64,000 nt of DNA from Cirrosporium novae-zelandiae (taxonomy: Eukaryota). The stretch lies in assembly GCA_026023565.1 (NCBI GenBank), contig JAPETS010000013.1:558001-622000 (forward strand). Reading direction: 5' to 3'. The notes under the pieces are model-generated. The model made no database searches, was not told the origin of the DNA, and saw only the letters and a program-made list of their open reading frames with translations. Position numbers and translations under genes: made by a program. This document shows, one piece after another, positions 30,042 through 42,399 of the stretch (positions are counted from its first letter, which is position 1; every line of letters begins with the position of its first letter).

Positions 30042-30809
30042 TGCCGCTAAGATATAGGGCACGGGACTTATCAGCATAGATACTTTTCAGTATTTCCGCC
30101 AGTGTATTCACGATGGATGGGAGTAGGAGGTAAGGATAGACGCATGCCACACAACACTACTTTTACAACTGCTTGCTGAGAATTGGCCAATGGCAATCAA
30201 TGAATTAAATGGCTAGAAGTGTTTAAAGCGGAGGGTGGTTTAGCCACAGCCCAGTACCAGTTAAAACAACATCCGCAGAGGTTACCAATTGTATTGACAT
30301 CTCAGAGATCGAAATACATATAAAAGAATCTTTTATGCAGATGATGCATCATCCCCAACCTTCTAAGATTTAAATCCAATGGAAACCGCAGAATCCAGCG
30401 CCTACCTACTATAGAACAAATGTAGCCACAAAAATATAAAAGTTAAATTAATGAGCTAAATGAGAAAACAGCAGGTACTGAATAGAAATACAGCAGGAGA
30501 GATGAAGTGACACATAATCGACGTATCAAATGGAATCAATACTCGAAATCAAATTCCCCATCATCATAAGAAATGAATACAATTATAGCCCCGTGGGATC
30601 AGTTCATCATCGACTTCGTCAAAGATGCGGGCAACATAAAATATCTCGCTTCAAACGCTTCCGAAATGCGATATGAAAAAAAGTTAGGGGTATATATAAA
30701 ACCATGGCCCCTCCCACTCTAAATCAATATACACGTTTTCGAAGAGCAAAAAAAGGGTTGGGTAGAATATAACGTGAATGTATATGTATATGTGAGGAAT
30801 AACACCTCA

Positions 30810-33800
30810 TTATTTGCGTCTTGAAAACATTTTCCTGAATCCATTTTCGTCTTTGGGCGGGGTATGTGACGCGTAGATTTCTGCAACCGATGGTGGCGGT
30901 GTCGTGTTTCTAAGATAATCTGCCAGGTCTGAACGTTCGTTGGACACTTGAGCACCTCGGGCTTGTCCAGGATTGATGCGGCGAACAGGTTGACTAGTTA
31001 GGGGCCCATCATGAGAAGTAGAATTGTATTTGTCAAACCCGAGCGGAGGAAGAGGAGATGCGGTCCTGGGCAATGCCAATTGAGGGGGTCCCGAAACACC
31101 TTTGCGAGGGGAATTGGTTCCATTGCGAGTATTGGTAGATCCTTGGTGCCGGTGATTATGAGATGAACCACCGAGGTTGAACCTTGACATTAAAGCTGAG
31201 GCGCTAGCTTTCCTCTGTACATGTTTAGAAGTTTTCTGGGTACTTGCTTTGGTATTAGCGAAAACAAAGGGCGTTGGAGCATGAGGTTCTGGTGGCGGAG
31301 GGACGCTATTCAAAAAATCCATTAGGCTCTCTTCCTGGCGCCTCGGTTTCTTCGGAGCAAGCAACTCCTCATCTTCATCCTCATCGTCAGATGGAAGGCT
31401 ATAGGGATCTTTAACACGGCGCTGCTTGCGCACCGGCGCGGGTGGTTCAGGAGTTTTCGCAAAGGTTGTATCCAACGCCCCAGATCCGAAGTGGGTCAGG
31501 CTAGGGTGCGTCGCTGAATCAAGCAGCCCGGTCCTAGAGTTTGTGGACGATTGGAGGGTAGGGTTAGAACTTGTAGCTGAACTGCGAGGAAGTTCGTTGG
31601 GTTTTTCAGTTAGGGTCTGTAGTTCATCAGAATCCATCGTGTTTCTAAAAGGTGCAACATTTCTAGGGATTCGATGAGTCCCATCATTATGATCCCGGGG
31701 AGGTCCTTGGCGAATAAAATCTATCAAATCCGAGGTTTGGTCGTCCTTTGGAAGAGTTGGAGCACGTGCCTGAAGACGTGATCCAGATGTTTTAGGTCGG
31801 CTGGTAGCAGAGCGAGCTTCATTTGCTCTAGGGCCCGAGGACGACGTAGTTTCGCGTGGCGTTGTGTTGTTTACAACAGCAATAGGCCTGGCAGTAGTAT
31901 TTGATCGCTTTAGAGGTTGTACAGCCGAAAAACGATCAGGACCGGTGGACCTAATGAAATCCGCAAAGTCGCGAGTTGATTGAGCATCGACACGAGCATC
32001 TCGAGCACCAGTTCCAACACGGGGCCTCGCCGAGGGTGTCTTAGACCCAGCAGGATTAAGAACTGGAACGGGGTTATCAACTGAAGTCTTCGGTGTAGAT
32101 TGGCCAGACTTCGAGGCATCATTCACCGAGTGAGACCGAAGTCCCTTGAGAGATGATGCGAGGGATTTACTTGTTGGTGGCCGGGGCTTTTCATCAGATG
32201 TAGGTCCAGTGGTCTTGAGGAAATCAGCCATCTCTGATGTACCTGTACGTTTCAGTACGACCCTAGGTCCGTCATCATCCTACCAATCAAAATTAGTAGC
32301 AGCCCAGGATTGCTTGCTATATGAATACATACCTCCATTTCACGCATTCTTTGCGATGTGAGATCATATCGAATTGTTTCATCGCTATTGATTAGCTGCT
32401 CAAAACTCTGTTTTTTTTCATCGATTGTGGTGGCGAAAGACCCTTTTCTTCCATTTGCACTAATACTTCCGTCACTTGATGTCCTCGGTGGTAAAGGCCT
32501 TCTATAGCCATTTGTAGTTTGCGAGCTTAAAGACGCACTTGCTTTGTGCGAAGAGGGGGATGCAGTCCGGCTAGAGGAACGAACGGAATGCAATTCCCTG
32601 TCAGTACTGTTCGAACGGTTCTTCGACGCGGATCTTGTCAGGCTGAATTCTCGCTGACGAGGGGCCGGAGATGCCGAAGCAGGGCTTGCAGTCTGCTCGG
32701 ATGACGATGGCTGTGCAACTGGAACATGGTATCTAGATTTTGTGCTAGCTCCAACCGAAGATTGTTTATGATGAGAATAAATGGAGGAGGATTCTGATCT
32801 TGAAATATGCTCGCTCGGCATCCGCTCTGCACTGCTGCTAGATTCCTGTCTAGCATCATAACTATGGGTAGTCGAAGGGGCTTTGTCGGATGTACCATGA
32901 ACTGCCTCCGTCATTTCTCGAAGAGGTGTCAGGGGAGGAGCATTGTTCTCGTGAACAGGGACTCCCGAACGAGGCGCAGAAGGTCTAGGACTAGGGGAAA
33001 CATGAGAGCCAGTCTGTGGCTGGTGGCTATTGCTTGTTGCACCACGTTTATAAGCAGCTGGAGAAGACGCAAGAAGCAACTGCTCCTGTATTTTTGCCCT
33101 TTCAGCCTGAGTGATCGCTTCCTGAGTACGCGATGCGACCCGCTTTGGGAATTCTCTAGGAGGTTCTTGAACTTCCTTAGAGGAATCGCGAGAAGTCGTG
33201 CTTTTTTGATACGGTTCTTGGCGGGATTGAACAGTGCGAGGAGCATCCCTATCCTTGGCTCTATTCTCGATTGGAGTCTTGGTTTTGTTGACGGAGCCTG
33301 GAATAGAGGCTGACTTATTGTTTCCTACTTCAGGTTGAGGTTGCGACACAGGGGTAGGAATGTCTGAGCCATCAATGGATTTGTGTCCGATAGAATCAGC
33401 TTCGGTTGACTCTCCTGGGATATTCTCGGCTTCTTCTGGAACGGGGCTAACAGTGCCAGAGACACCAGTGAGTACTTCCTCGCCGCTAGTACTCTTACTC
33501 TTGGCAGACAGTCCTACGGTTTCGGTTACCTTCTGCTCAGGACTATCTTGGGCCGGTTTTTCATTTTCAATTCCGTCAATTGGGTTCGGGGTCTCTAGTG
33601 GCGTTTCAAAGACCAATTCTGCGGTGTCGTCGTCGGTATCGGGCACAAGTTCAGGGAATGGCGAGGCTGGCAACGACCTCGAGCGTGTCCGACCAAAAGG
33701 GGGCATCGAGGCAGAACTTCCTTGTGCTCCAGGGGCCTGCAATACACTAGATATTTGCAAGGTGTCGTCCTCGGAACGTCTTGGCAAGATAATCATACTT

Positions 33801-35155
33801 GATGGGCGCTTTCGCATACAAGGTTTGGTAGTTTCGTCCGAACCTTCTGTACTCGTATCCTTTTCCGACGGCGTCCCTTCGATTTCCTCCACGTCGTTTT
33901 CACTCGTTGGAAGAGGAATAAAAGCTGGATCATCGGATTGGAAGGACCCTACTGTTGAAGTCTTACGCAGTACTCCCGAAGATGCGAAGAAGTCGTCCAT
34001 ATTGCTCGCACTACTCTTCTGACTGAGCGAATATGACCCCAATCTATTGCCACGGCGATAACCAGATTCAGAGGCCACTGGACGATGCAAAGAATGTGAA
34101 GAATGCGATGGAGACCTGAAGCGTTTTCTCCAAGATCTCCAAAGTCGTCCCATGGCCGTGTCAAAGGCAACCTTCTCCATATCACATTCATCGACAATCA
34201 ATGGCTGAGGATCATCTGTTGTTGGAGTCTGGGAATCTACCAAGTTACGGGACCTCATGACTCGTATCCGTGCGGCTTCTCCAGCAATAAGCAGACAATT
34301 CTCTCCAATAAATTCCAGGATAGACGTCAGAAAGATGGCTACAGCCGGTGAAACGGATTTTTGAATTGAACACCGTCTGCTTCCAACAGGGGCGTCATCA
34401 CGGTTTTCTTCCTCCAGATACATCTCTTCATCGTCTTCTTCAAAATCTCCATGTCTTGTATATACCATACATCTCAAACGCGTTCGTTTCCATATTAGGT
34501 CTAAATCCCAGTCACCTGTCGGCTCCTGTCCTCCATGGAATTCCGAAAGTTCTTCATCCTCTCCACCGCCAAGATATTGCTTTAGCTCCTCATCTGCGCC
34601 CATTATAGCTTCTCTAGCAATTCTCGGCTTTAAGACTTCGCTCACGGCAGAGCGAAGAGAGGCCAGAGAAGTAGACCGAGATGTCGCGAGAAACTTGTAA
34701 AGTAATTGATCTAAGAATAAATTGACGAGGGAGATGCAGCCTTCAGTCACATCAATGGCATCGGCGGAGTTCCGGCCTTCATTTGATTCCATTGCATATT
34801 CGTTGTCTTCCTCATCAAGTCCAGCAATAATCCCTGAGGCTGAAGTACTTGCTATGAACCGTGGATCTGGTTGAATGGAGGCTGGCGGTGAGGCCAAGGA
34901 TGCGAGACCTGAGAGTGACGGCCTATCGCTGGACATGCTCGTACTCCTGCTCAGCTGCCCAATGGCAAGTTCCAACCCATCAGGACGAAATTGGCGATGC
35001 ATGGCTGGCAATTCACTCATGGAAGATTTGTGACTGATCTGAACTATCCGTGGTGTTCGAATGGGGATTCCGGTGGCCGTCAAGGGCTTGGTTTGTCGGA
35101 TGAAGATTGTAGGAGCTTCATCCAAGGGGTGTCTGCGGGAATGAAGAGCAGACAT
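30810..35155 (-). CDS. Large uncharacterised protein (~1,400 aa) with N-terminal tandem histone-fold-like region, S/T/P-rich disordered middle and C-terminal DxxDF(L/I)R repeats (2 exons)
   Basis: 967-aa and 473-aa ORFs joined in frame by an intron at ~32281-32334 (GTATGT..CTAAT..TAG). True start may be an internal ATG near 35002-35020. Confidence 0.8.
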
Positions 35156-35661
35156 TGCGAATCAGCTTCTGAGTCCATAGACTCGAAATGTGAGAGAAGT
35201 TGGTAACACATACAAAAAAGAAGAATATCTCAATCCAGTCCACCGGGATCTTTTTCATTCAAATGGAGGATCCGTGCTCGGATCGCAATAGTTTGCGACA
35301 GCGGCGATATCAATTGTGGATTTAAAAACGTGAAACGGTGGACCGATGCGACTTGCTGGAATTAGGTCAAACAAATCCAATGGGGTTACTACAAGCGACT
35401 CTTGGTGGAAGATCTTGATAGTAACTAACAACTGGTCAGGCTATAGCACGATCAAGGGAAGGAATTGATCTTCAGGGGATTTTGTGAGGGGATAGGTAAG
35501 CAATAGGGAAAAGTTGTGGGGGAGGATGGGAGGTGTGGTAGGGTAGCAGGGACCCTTTTTTTGGAGATTGGTGTTGTAGATTGGGGATAGATTGGTTAGA
35601 TAGGTATGTTGGATTTTAGATTGGTTGAGCATACCTAATACAATAGCAATGACAATTGGGG

Positions 35662-35701
35662 GCAATAGTGCAATAGTGCAATAGTGCAATAGTGCAATAG
35701 T
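35662..35701. repeat. Octamer tandem repeat (GCAATAGT)x5
   Basis: Directly visible. Confidence 0.9.
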
Positions 35702-36526
35702 ACAATGGAACAACTACTTAAATTGAAAGAAAAGGAATGGGGGAGGTTTAGAGAAGGAGAAGTAGGGAATAAGGAAAGGAAACGCTGGGATGAATAACTA
35801 ATAATTGTTTGAAGGAAGGAGGAGGTGGGACAAAGAATAAGGAGGTGATGTTGCTGGGGGGGTTGTGGTTGTGTTAAGTTGGGGTAAGGATGGTAAGGGT
35901 ACCTAGGCACCTAGGCACCTAGGTAAGGTGCTTAGCTCATTATGATGGGCCGATGAATGGCGAGTCGCGATAGTTCTTGAGAAAAAGAAGTTACCGCATC
36001 AATACCAGCAATACCGAGTAGGCTTCTCCTTGTTTCCTCTTCTTCCCTTGTCCTGGTTTTCTGGTTGTACCGTGTCTGTACTCTCTGATCAACCGAGGGA
36101 AGCTTGTCCATATCTGGAGCAAGTAATTAGTTGAATCTAATGATCAATCTAGTGAAATCTAGTCATGGAATAGTTCATATACTTTATTGAGAACTTCTCC
36201 ACTTCAATTAATCTCCAGCACGCATGGCATGAACCCTTACCAAAGTACTGTGACCATTGTGCCCACTGTGGTGCCTTGCTTAAGTTACTTTTCTTTTCTA
36301 TGCCGAATTTTATTTCTAATTTTGCCTCCCACGAGCATTATGATAGTCCCCCCCCCCCTTGATCTTGATCTAATTAAGTTATAATCCAGCCCTTTGAAAC
36401 CTCCCGTGGTTTGTGTTTATCCTACGTGCATTGAACATTTATACATTTTATACACTGATCATTAATTGTCTTTGTTATATTCATTCATTTCTTCATGGCT
36501 TCATTTATTTCCACTAAACTATTTAC

Positions 36527-36829
36527 TTACGCAAAGTAGGTAGTTTTTCGATATATAGGTGTGAAATCCTGACCCCTGTCACCCATCCTCCTCTTCATAT
36601 GCCAGTTGAGCTTCCGAAGGGCTTCATCGCTGAAGTTTTTAAAAGGCTGGCAGGGTTCGGCTGCCTTGTTTCTACAAGTTAAACATTCCGACTCAACTGT
36701 GGAACTTCCGTTTACGCTTCTGTTGTGGCAGCCAAGGATGGTTCCTTCTCCTGCAGCACAAGCTGAATATACCCGGCGCTGGCCCCAGTGTCCACAAGCT
36801 GAATGATAAACATCTTCCAGGTAACACAT
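36527..36829 (-). CDS. Small Cys/His-motif protein (putative Zn-binding), 100 aa
   Basis: MC-x9-CGH-x9-C-x9-C-x14-CxxC pattern, as seen in small fungal hypothetical proteins; clean ORF in AT-rich surroundings. Confidence 0.65.
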   Translation of the reverse strand: MCYLEDVYHSACGHWGQRRVYSACAAGEGTILGCHNRSVNGSSTVESECLTCRNKAAEPCQPFKNFSDEALRKLNWHMKRRMGDRGQDFTPIYRKTTYFA

Positions 36830-36902
36830 GCTGATGACTTTTTAATTTTTATCTTGAACTACAATCAAATAATGTCTTGGTTGTAGTGTTCAGTTGATAA
36901 TA

Positions 36903-37323
36903 CTTTGTTTTGGATATCCAATGTTGATGTGATATTCGTAGATTTGTTGGGAAATTGTCTTCTCCATGATCGAATTCTCTGACAGTTCTTATAGAAGTTT
37001 CTAAACAAAGGTACTTCTCTCATCGATGAAGCTGTGCGATATTTCAGGATATTCTAGCAACAGTGAACAATGCCTTAGTTAGATTATTATGGAAGTGAAC
37101 AATGGTTTCTTTGTAGATGAACAATGATGGTTTTTCTTTCATCCTTATTATTCCCTATAGCACAGTCCTCTTTGGCTTTATATATCGTAATTGTCTTTGT
37201 TTGTTAGCTACAACAACAAGGGGATTGTGGAAATCTTTGTTGGTGTACAATGGTGTCTGTACGCTCAGTTGATTGGTGATTTGTCTTCCATGGGCCTAAT
37301 CTCTAGAGTAATCGCACTTTGTT
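36903..37323. promoter_or_regulatory. Cluster of HMG-box-type sites (ACAA[A/T]G / CTTTGT)
   Basis: GAACAATG at 37065, 37097 and 37119; AAACAAAG 37003; TACAATG 37246; CTTTGTT at 36903, 37195, 37235 and 37317. Confidence 0.5.
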
Positions 37324-38010
37324 GTGGAAAATGGCTATCATGGTCAAAGCAATGCTACATGATATAGCATAAGGATGGGCATCAATACATGGATGTTCAG
37401 ATTCGGAACGGGGGTAAGAATCCTCTACGGGCCCAATATGCAGAAAACCCAAAATCGACCTTGATTAGGCAAACATCACTTCTATTGGGCAGGTAGATTC
37501 AAGACGGCCAAGATGAGGTATGGTAGAGACCAGCGCGTCTCCATACCCAAACCTCCCAACCAGACGACGGGTGCCAACAGAGGCCGATCAGTGAAGACAT
37601 AGTCACATCTCCGGAATTGCAAGCATCATGCCTGGATTGTAAAAATGAAGGAGGGGAGAGGCTCAAACAATATCAAGCACATCTCAGACAACCCTATTGC
37701 ATCTTGAAAAGATCTCTAGGGGAGCAAACTTCCGAGAATTGCATGAGTTAGTACTGAAGTCAAGATTCCCGGCATTTTAAGATGTTGGTGATATTTGGAA
37801 TAGCAAAGAAGCCTTACTACCATGTTTGTTGTACTGAACCGAAGCAAAGGGTGATAGGAAACAGCCTTATATTTATGATATGTGTTGTCAAGAAACATCT
37901 TCTAGGAAGCGCTTGATTGAAAGGATAAAGATCTAGAGTATCAACTCCAAGATGTTTTGACATGAATTTGTCAATTATTCCATGGACGATTAATGAGATG
38001 AAGAAAATGA

Positions 38011-38050
38011 AAGGAAGAAAGGAAGAAAGGAAGAAAGGAAGAAAGGAAGA
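38011..38050. repeat. (AGGAAGAA)n purine tandem repeat
   Basis: Directly visible. Confidence 0.85.
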
Positions 38051-39386
38051 CAGAAAGAAAGAAAAAGGGAATGCTAATCTCGTTATAGTACCAAAGCCGA
38101 CATCATTTACGTCTATTGTTTACAGTTCGAGGACAGATGGCCAATGAGGATAGAGCGATAAGGAGAAGTCATCAAGTCTTGAAATGGAATAGTTGCCGTT
38201 GTTAAGCGATAGTCTATCGCTCTGCTATGTACTTGTAGTATAACAAGACCGGCGGGTGGCCCTTTTTTTGAACGGACAAGCGGGGGACGAATGGGATATC
38301 TGAACTATCCTCCGACATGGGCTTGTTTGGACTTCTGTGGATCTTTTCTAATCATCTCATCAGTCTTTTCTTCCACCTTTCATACCGTATGTCGTGTGTG
38401 TATTCTTGCTACTTTTGTAATTAGTTACTCTATGGGACTCAAGCTTTTTTTTCTTTTTTTTTGTCCTGTGAGAAGAGCCATCTCTACACCATCAAAGTGT
38501 TTTTTGTTGTCTTGGATCCAGGCAATCACTTGTCATGGCAAACTATGAAAAGTGCGGCATGAGATAGTTAATTTTTCCTGGTTATCTCTATCCACAGAGC
38601 ATCGATGCATTCAATGTTGGTGGGGGAAAACGTCCCGAAAAAAGGAAAAGTGTGCCTTCAAGACAAGCCAGGATGAACGTCTCCCCACGTTCTAGATACA
38701 GTAGCACCAATGCACAGATGACAGTTCGAATCTTCCGCATCCACAGTAGTTCCTTGGATTCCCTATGTCAATTCATTTGTCAATTATAATTCTAAACTAG
38801 AAGGATGTGAGATTCAATTGGATCCCTATGATTGGATCCCTCTCTGGTATCCATGCGTACCATGGACGATATACATAATTAACCGCAAAGAAAATCATGG
38901 AGGGTTTCACTAGATATGGTTATTTTTGAAAAGGTAATTTCTATTTCTTGGACAGTGATGTTTTTTTTTTGTTGAGATGGAATCATGGGACAGAATCTGG
39001 AAACTAGGAAAAGGACATAAGGAACATAAGGGAAGGTTATTACTGGTTGTAAATGTATCGGGCAGCCCTAGCAGAAAATGTAGCCAATCATTGGACCTCA
39101 GTAGGAATCGCTATTGTCGCCTAAAATTGAAGGCTCCGTCGTCGCTTGAGCCCTTGAGCCAAATTTCCTTCTTCAAAGGTCAGCCGTTCTACGGTACCAT
39201 CAATCATAAAAGATCCTTTTGCTTCTTCTCACCTCCACATCCCACCTCCCACTTTAACCTCTCCGAACTCGCTCTTTCTTCTATATAATCACCATCTAGT
39301 TTCGTCTAGATTTCTCTTCCTTTAAATCTTCCTTCTTTCTACATTGGTTTTCCACCAACGAAAAAAAATAAAATAAACTCGTCAAC

Positions 39387-41166
39387 ATGGTGAGCAGAAT
39401 TCTCCATTCCATAGTCTAAGCCCTCTTAGCGAGCAAACAAACAAAAGAAGACTGACTCATACCCTTCAGGCTGAATCCACTGTCGTCTCCAATACCGCCA
39501 ATGTACGTCGCCCTTAAGAATCAAACAATGAGCTCGACTACTAACGGTTCGTCCTAGCTCTTAAAATACATGTCCTTGGACCAGAAGGGCAAGGTCCTGG
39601 CTGAATATGTTTGGATTGATGGTCACAATGGTCTTCGTTCAAAAACCAAGGTATGGAGCAATATATACGTCTCTTATCAATTCCTCTCCGTTTTGCATCC
39701 CATTATGAACCATGATGAGTCCATGGAAATCTACTTCATTTCTCAGTTGACTTTTGCTTGCTTGTACCAAATTGCTTATCGTTGCCAACCCCTCCATCTC
39801 ACCGATAAGGCCTTTTTGGAGACAACCAATGGCAATAACGCACTATGAGAGGCTTTTTTCTTTCTTTTAAACCAAAACATTAGCTAGGAAACACCCATGT
39901 CATGATCAAAATTAATTTGGGTTCAATTTGATTTTCGCATTAGAGAGATTGTTTAATGATCCAGGCTTGTATTAAGTTCCGCTAACATCTCTTATTCCAC
40001 TAGACCCTTGACCTGAAAGATATTGAAGTAACAGCAAAAGATGGAGATAAAGTTCCTGAACTGCACGAGCGCCTTCCAGAATGGAACTTTGATGGTTCCT
40101 CTACCGATCAAGCTCCTGGCGACAACTCTGATGTCTATATCCGTCCCGTTCGCTGTTTCCCGGACCCATTCCGTGGTTCTCCTAATGTCCTCGTCATGTG
40201 TGAGACGTGGGATCCCGATGGGACCCCAAACAAATTCAACTATCGCCATGATGCTAACCGTCTTTTCGAAGCAAATGCTAAGGAAGTATTCTGGTTTGGT
40301 CTTGAACAGGAATACACATTGAAGGGAGCTGATGACTGGCCCTATGGCTGGCCCAAGAATGGGTACCCAGGCCCCCAGGGCCCATACTATTGCGGTGTTG
40401 GAACCGGAAAGGTTTACTGTCGTGATATTGTTGAGGCCCACTACAAAGCCTGCTTGTATGCAGGGATTACAATCTCTGGCACCAATGCTGAAGTGATGCC
40501 CGCCCAATGGGAATTCCAAGTTGGCCCATGCACGGGCATTGAACGTAAGCCATATCCCATCCCACTTGTCCTCCGCAAAATATACACTGATCCCATTTGT
40601 TTCTAGTTGGTGACCACCTCTGGATGTCTCGCTTCATCCTCCACCGCGTGGCTGAAGAATTTGGTGCCATTATCTCTTTCGAACCAAAGCCCATTCCTGG
40701 CGACTGGAACGGTGCTGGCTTACACACCAACGTCTCTACTGTATCGACTCGCGAGGAGGGTGGCATCAAAGCTATTGAAGAGTACATGAAGAAACTCGAG
40801 AAGCGCCATCTAGAACACATTGCCGTATATGGTGAAGGCAATGCTGCAAGGATGACCGGAAAGCATGAAACCGCGAGCATGGACAAGTTCACATGGGGAG
40901 TTGCAAATCGTGGTGCGAGTGTGAGAATTCCAAGGGCTGTTGCTGCTGTTGGAAAGGGATATTTCGAAGACAGGAGACCGGCTAGCAATGCGGATCCTTA
41001 TCAAATCACAGGCATGATTTGTGAAACGGTATGTCTCTAAAATTTCCCCGCTAAATGATAGCCAAGTCTCTATTTTTCCTATTGAGCTAAAAGAATTCAA
41101 TGCTGACTAGACCAATTACAGCTCTGTGGTGCCCTCCCTGCCTCAAAGCCAGAGTCGAAGCAGTAG
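39387..41166 (+). CDS. GLN1: Glutamine synthetase type II (6 exons; first exon is ATG only)
   Basis: [80 protein letters not shown]. Confidence 0.97.
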
Positions 41167-41558
41167 TGTCACCTCTACCGTTACATCTCTTCCTTTTGCA
41201 ATTGCTATGCCCGCTGATGATGAAGAGACGATGCTTGGACCAATGAATAAATGGACTAAATACAGAATCATGCTAGATCAAGTACCCAACTTTCGTAGTA
41301 AATGCTGTCATACTTTTTTTTCCAAGCTATTTGCTCATGAACTTTCCACATCAAGTAGCTTTCTATATTGTACATCAGTTCCAGGATTCTTGTCATGCTT
41401 TTAATGATTGAAAGCATGATGAATGATAGATAGGCAATGGTCTAGCGGGGGCTCATGCCGATTTATCTCAACTTAGGTATTTGAACCAATACTTTATGAG
41501 GAATACAAAGCTCTCAGGACTAATTATTAAACCATACAATCCAGCTTATTTTTACTAT

Positions 41559-42130
41559 TCAAGCCTGCTTCTCAAGATCACTCCTGCTCTTGCCCCAGAT
41601 CTCTCCCTTTATCCTTCTCCCATAAAAACTGGAAACCCATTTCTCTCCTGTCCCGCTCTTGTGTGCCATCCCATACAAAGCCCACAGCGTGATGGTAATG
41701 CTCAGTGCCAGCGCCACGACAAGATAAAGCTAGAACTTTTTCCCAGGCAAGTACGTATCATTCATACTAAAAATACCGCAGGTGAAGGACATGGGAATGA
41801 AAAAACGGGCCGAGGATTGTTAGAATGTGCACGCTCTTAGCCTCCTCCTCAAGCGACTATCGATTCCCAACTATACCAGCTCGCCCCATAAACGAGGAAA
41901 ATCATACCATTAGACTTGCTCCTGCAGGCAGGGCCCCAAGGCCATCCATCCAGCATAAACCCAAAGTCCCTCCCTCGTGCCAGCCAGCCACGCTACTTAA
42001 CTCCGCATGTTGTGTCCCCTTCGGGTATAAAACGCCGCCACCATCATCATGGGCCCTTACAAATCCGAACACTTTACGGATCCCGCCACGACTTGCGGGT
42101 TATTCCAGCAGCAAGCGGGTGAGGTTGGTT
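41559..42130 (-). pseudogene. Degenerate CorA-like (Mg2+ transporter C-terminal TM) gene fragment
   Basis: AGIVGNR*SLEEEAKSVHILTILG / FIPMSFTCGIFSMNDTYLPGKKF*LYLVVAL with stops at 41857-41859 and 41730-41732 and a +1 frameshift in the A run at 41800-41805. Confidence 0.7.
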
Positions 42131-42399
42131 GGTTGGGGAAAATCGAGGGGGAGGGGGGAGTCCTTGGGAGATGAGATGAGGTAGGAGGCTGATAGTGGCA
42201 GAGGTCGTTGAGTATGCTTGTTCGTGTGGGGGGGGTTGTATGGCTTGTTGCTGTTTTGACAGATGCTGTATCTGAAAAAGTCGTCGTAGCCGCCGCGATA
42301 TAAGTAGGTTGTTGTTTTTGTTTTTATTATTTTCTAGTTGAGGGTAGCAGTAGTAGTAGTAGGGATTTGATTTCTTTCTTTCGATGGGGGGGGGATCCA

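Noticed and set aside
37690..37752. Search for a CaaX a-factor-like pheromone ORF near the HMG-site cluster
   Set aside because: Candidate frames (YCILK.., ENCMS-stop) do not end in CaaX-stop
38715..38740. GTTCGAATC tRNA B-box-like motif
   Set aside because: Flanks do not form a T-stem and no cloverleaf is evident
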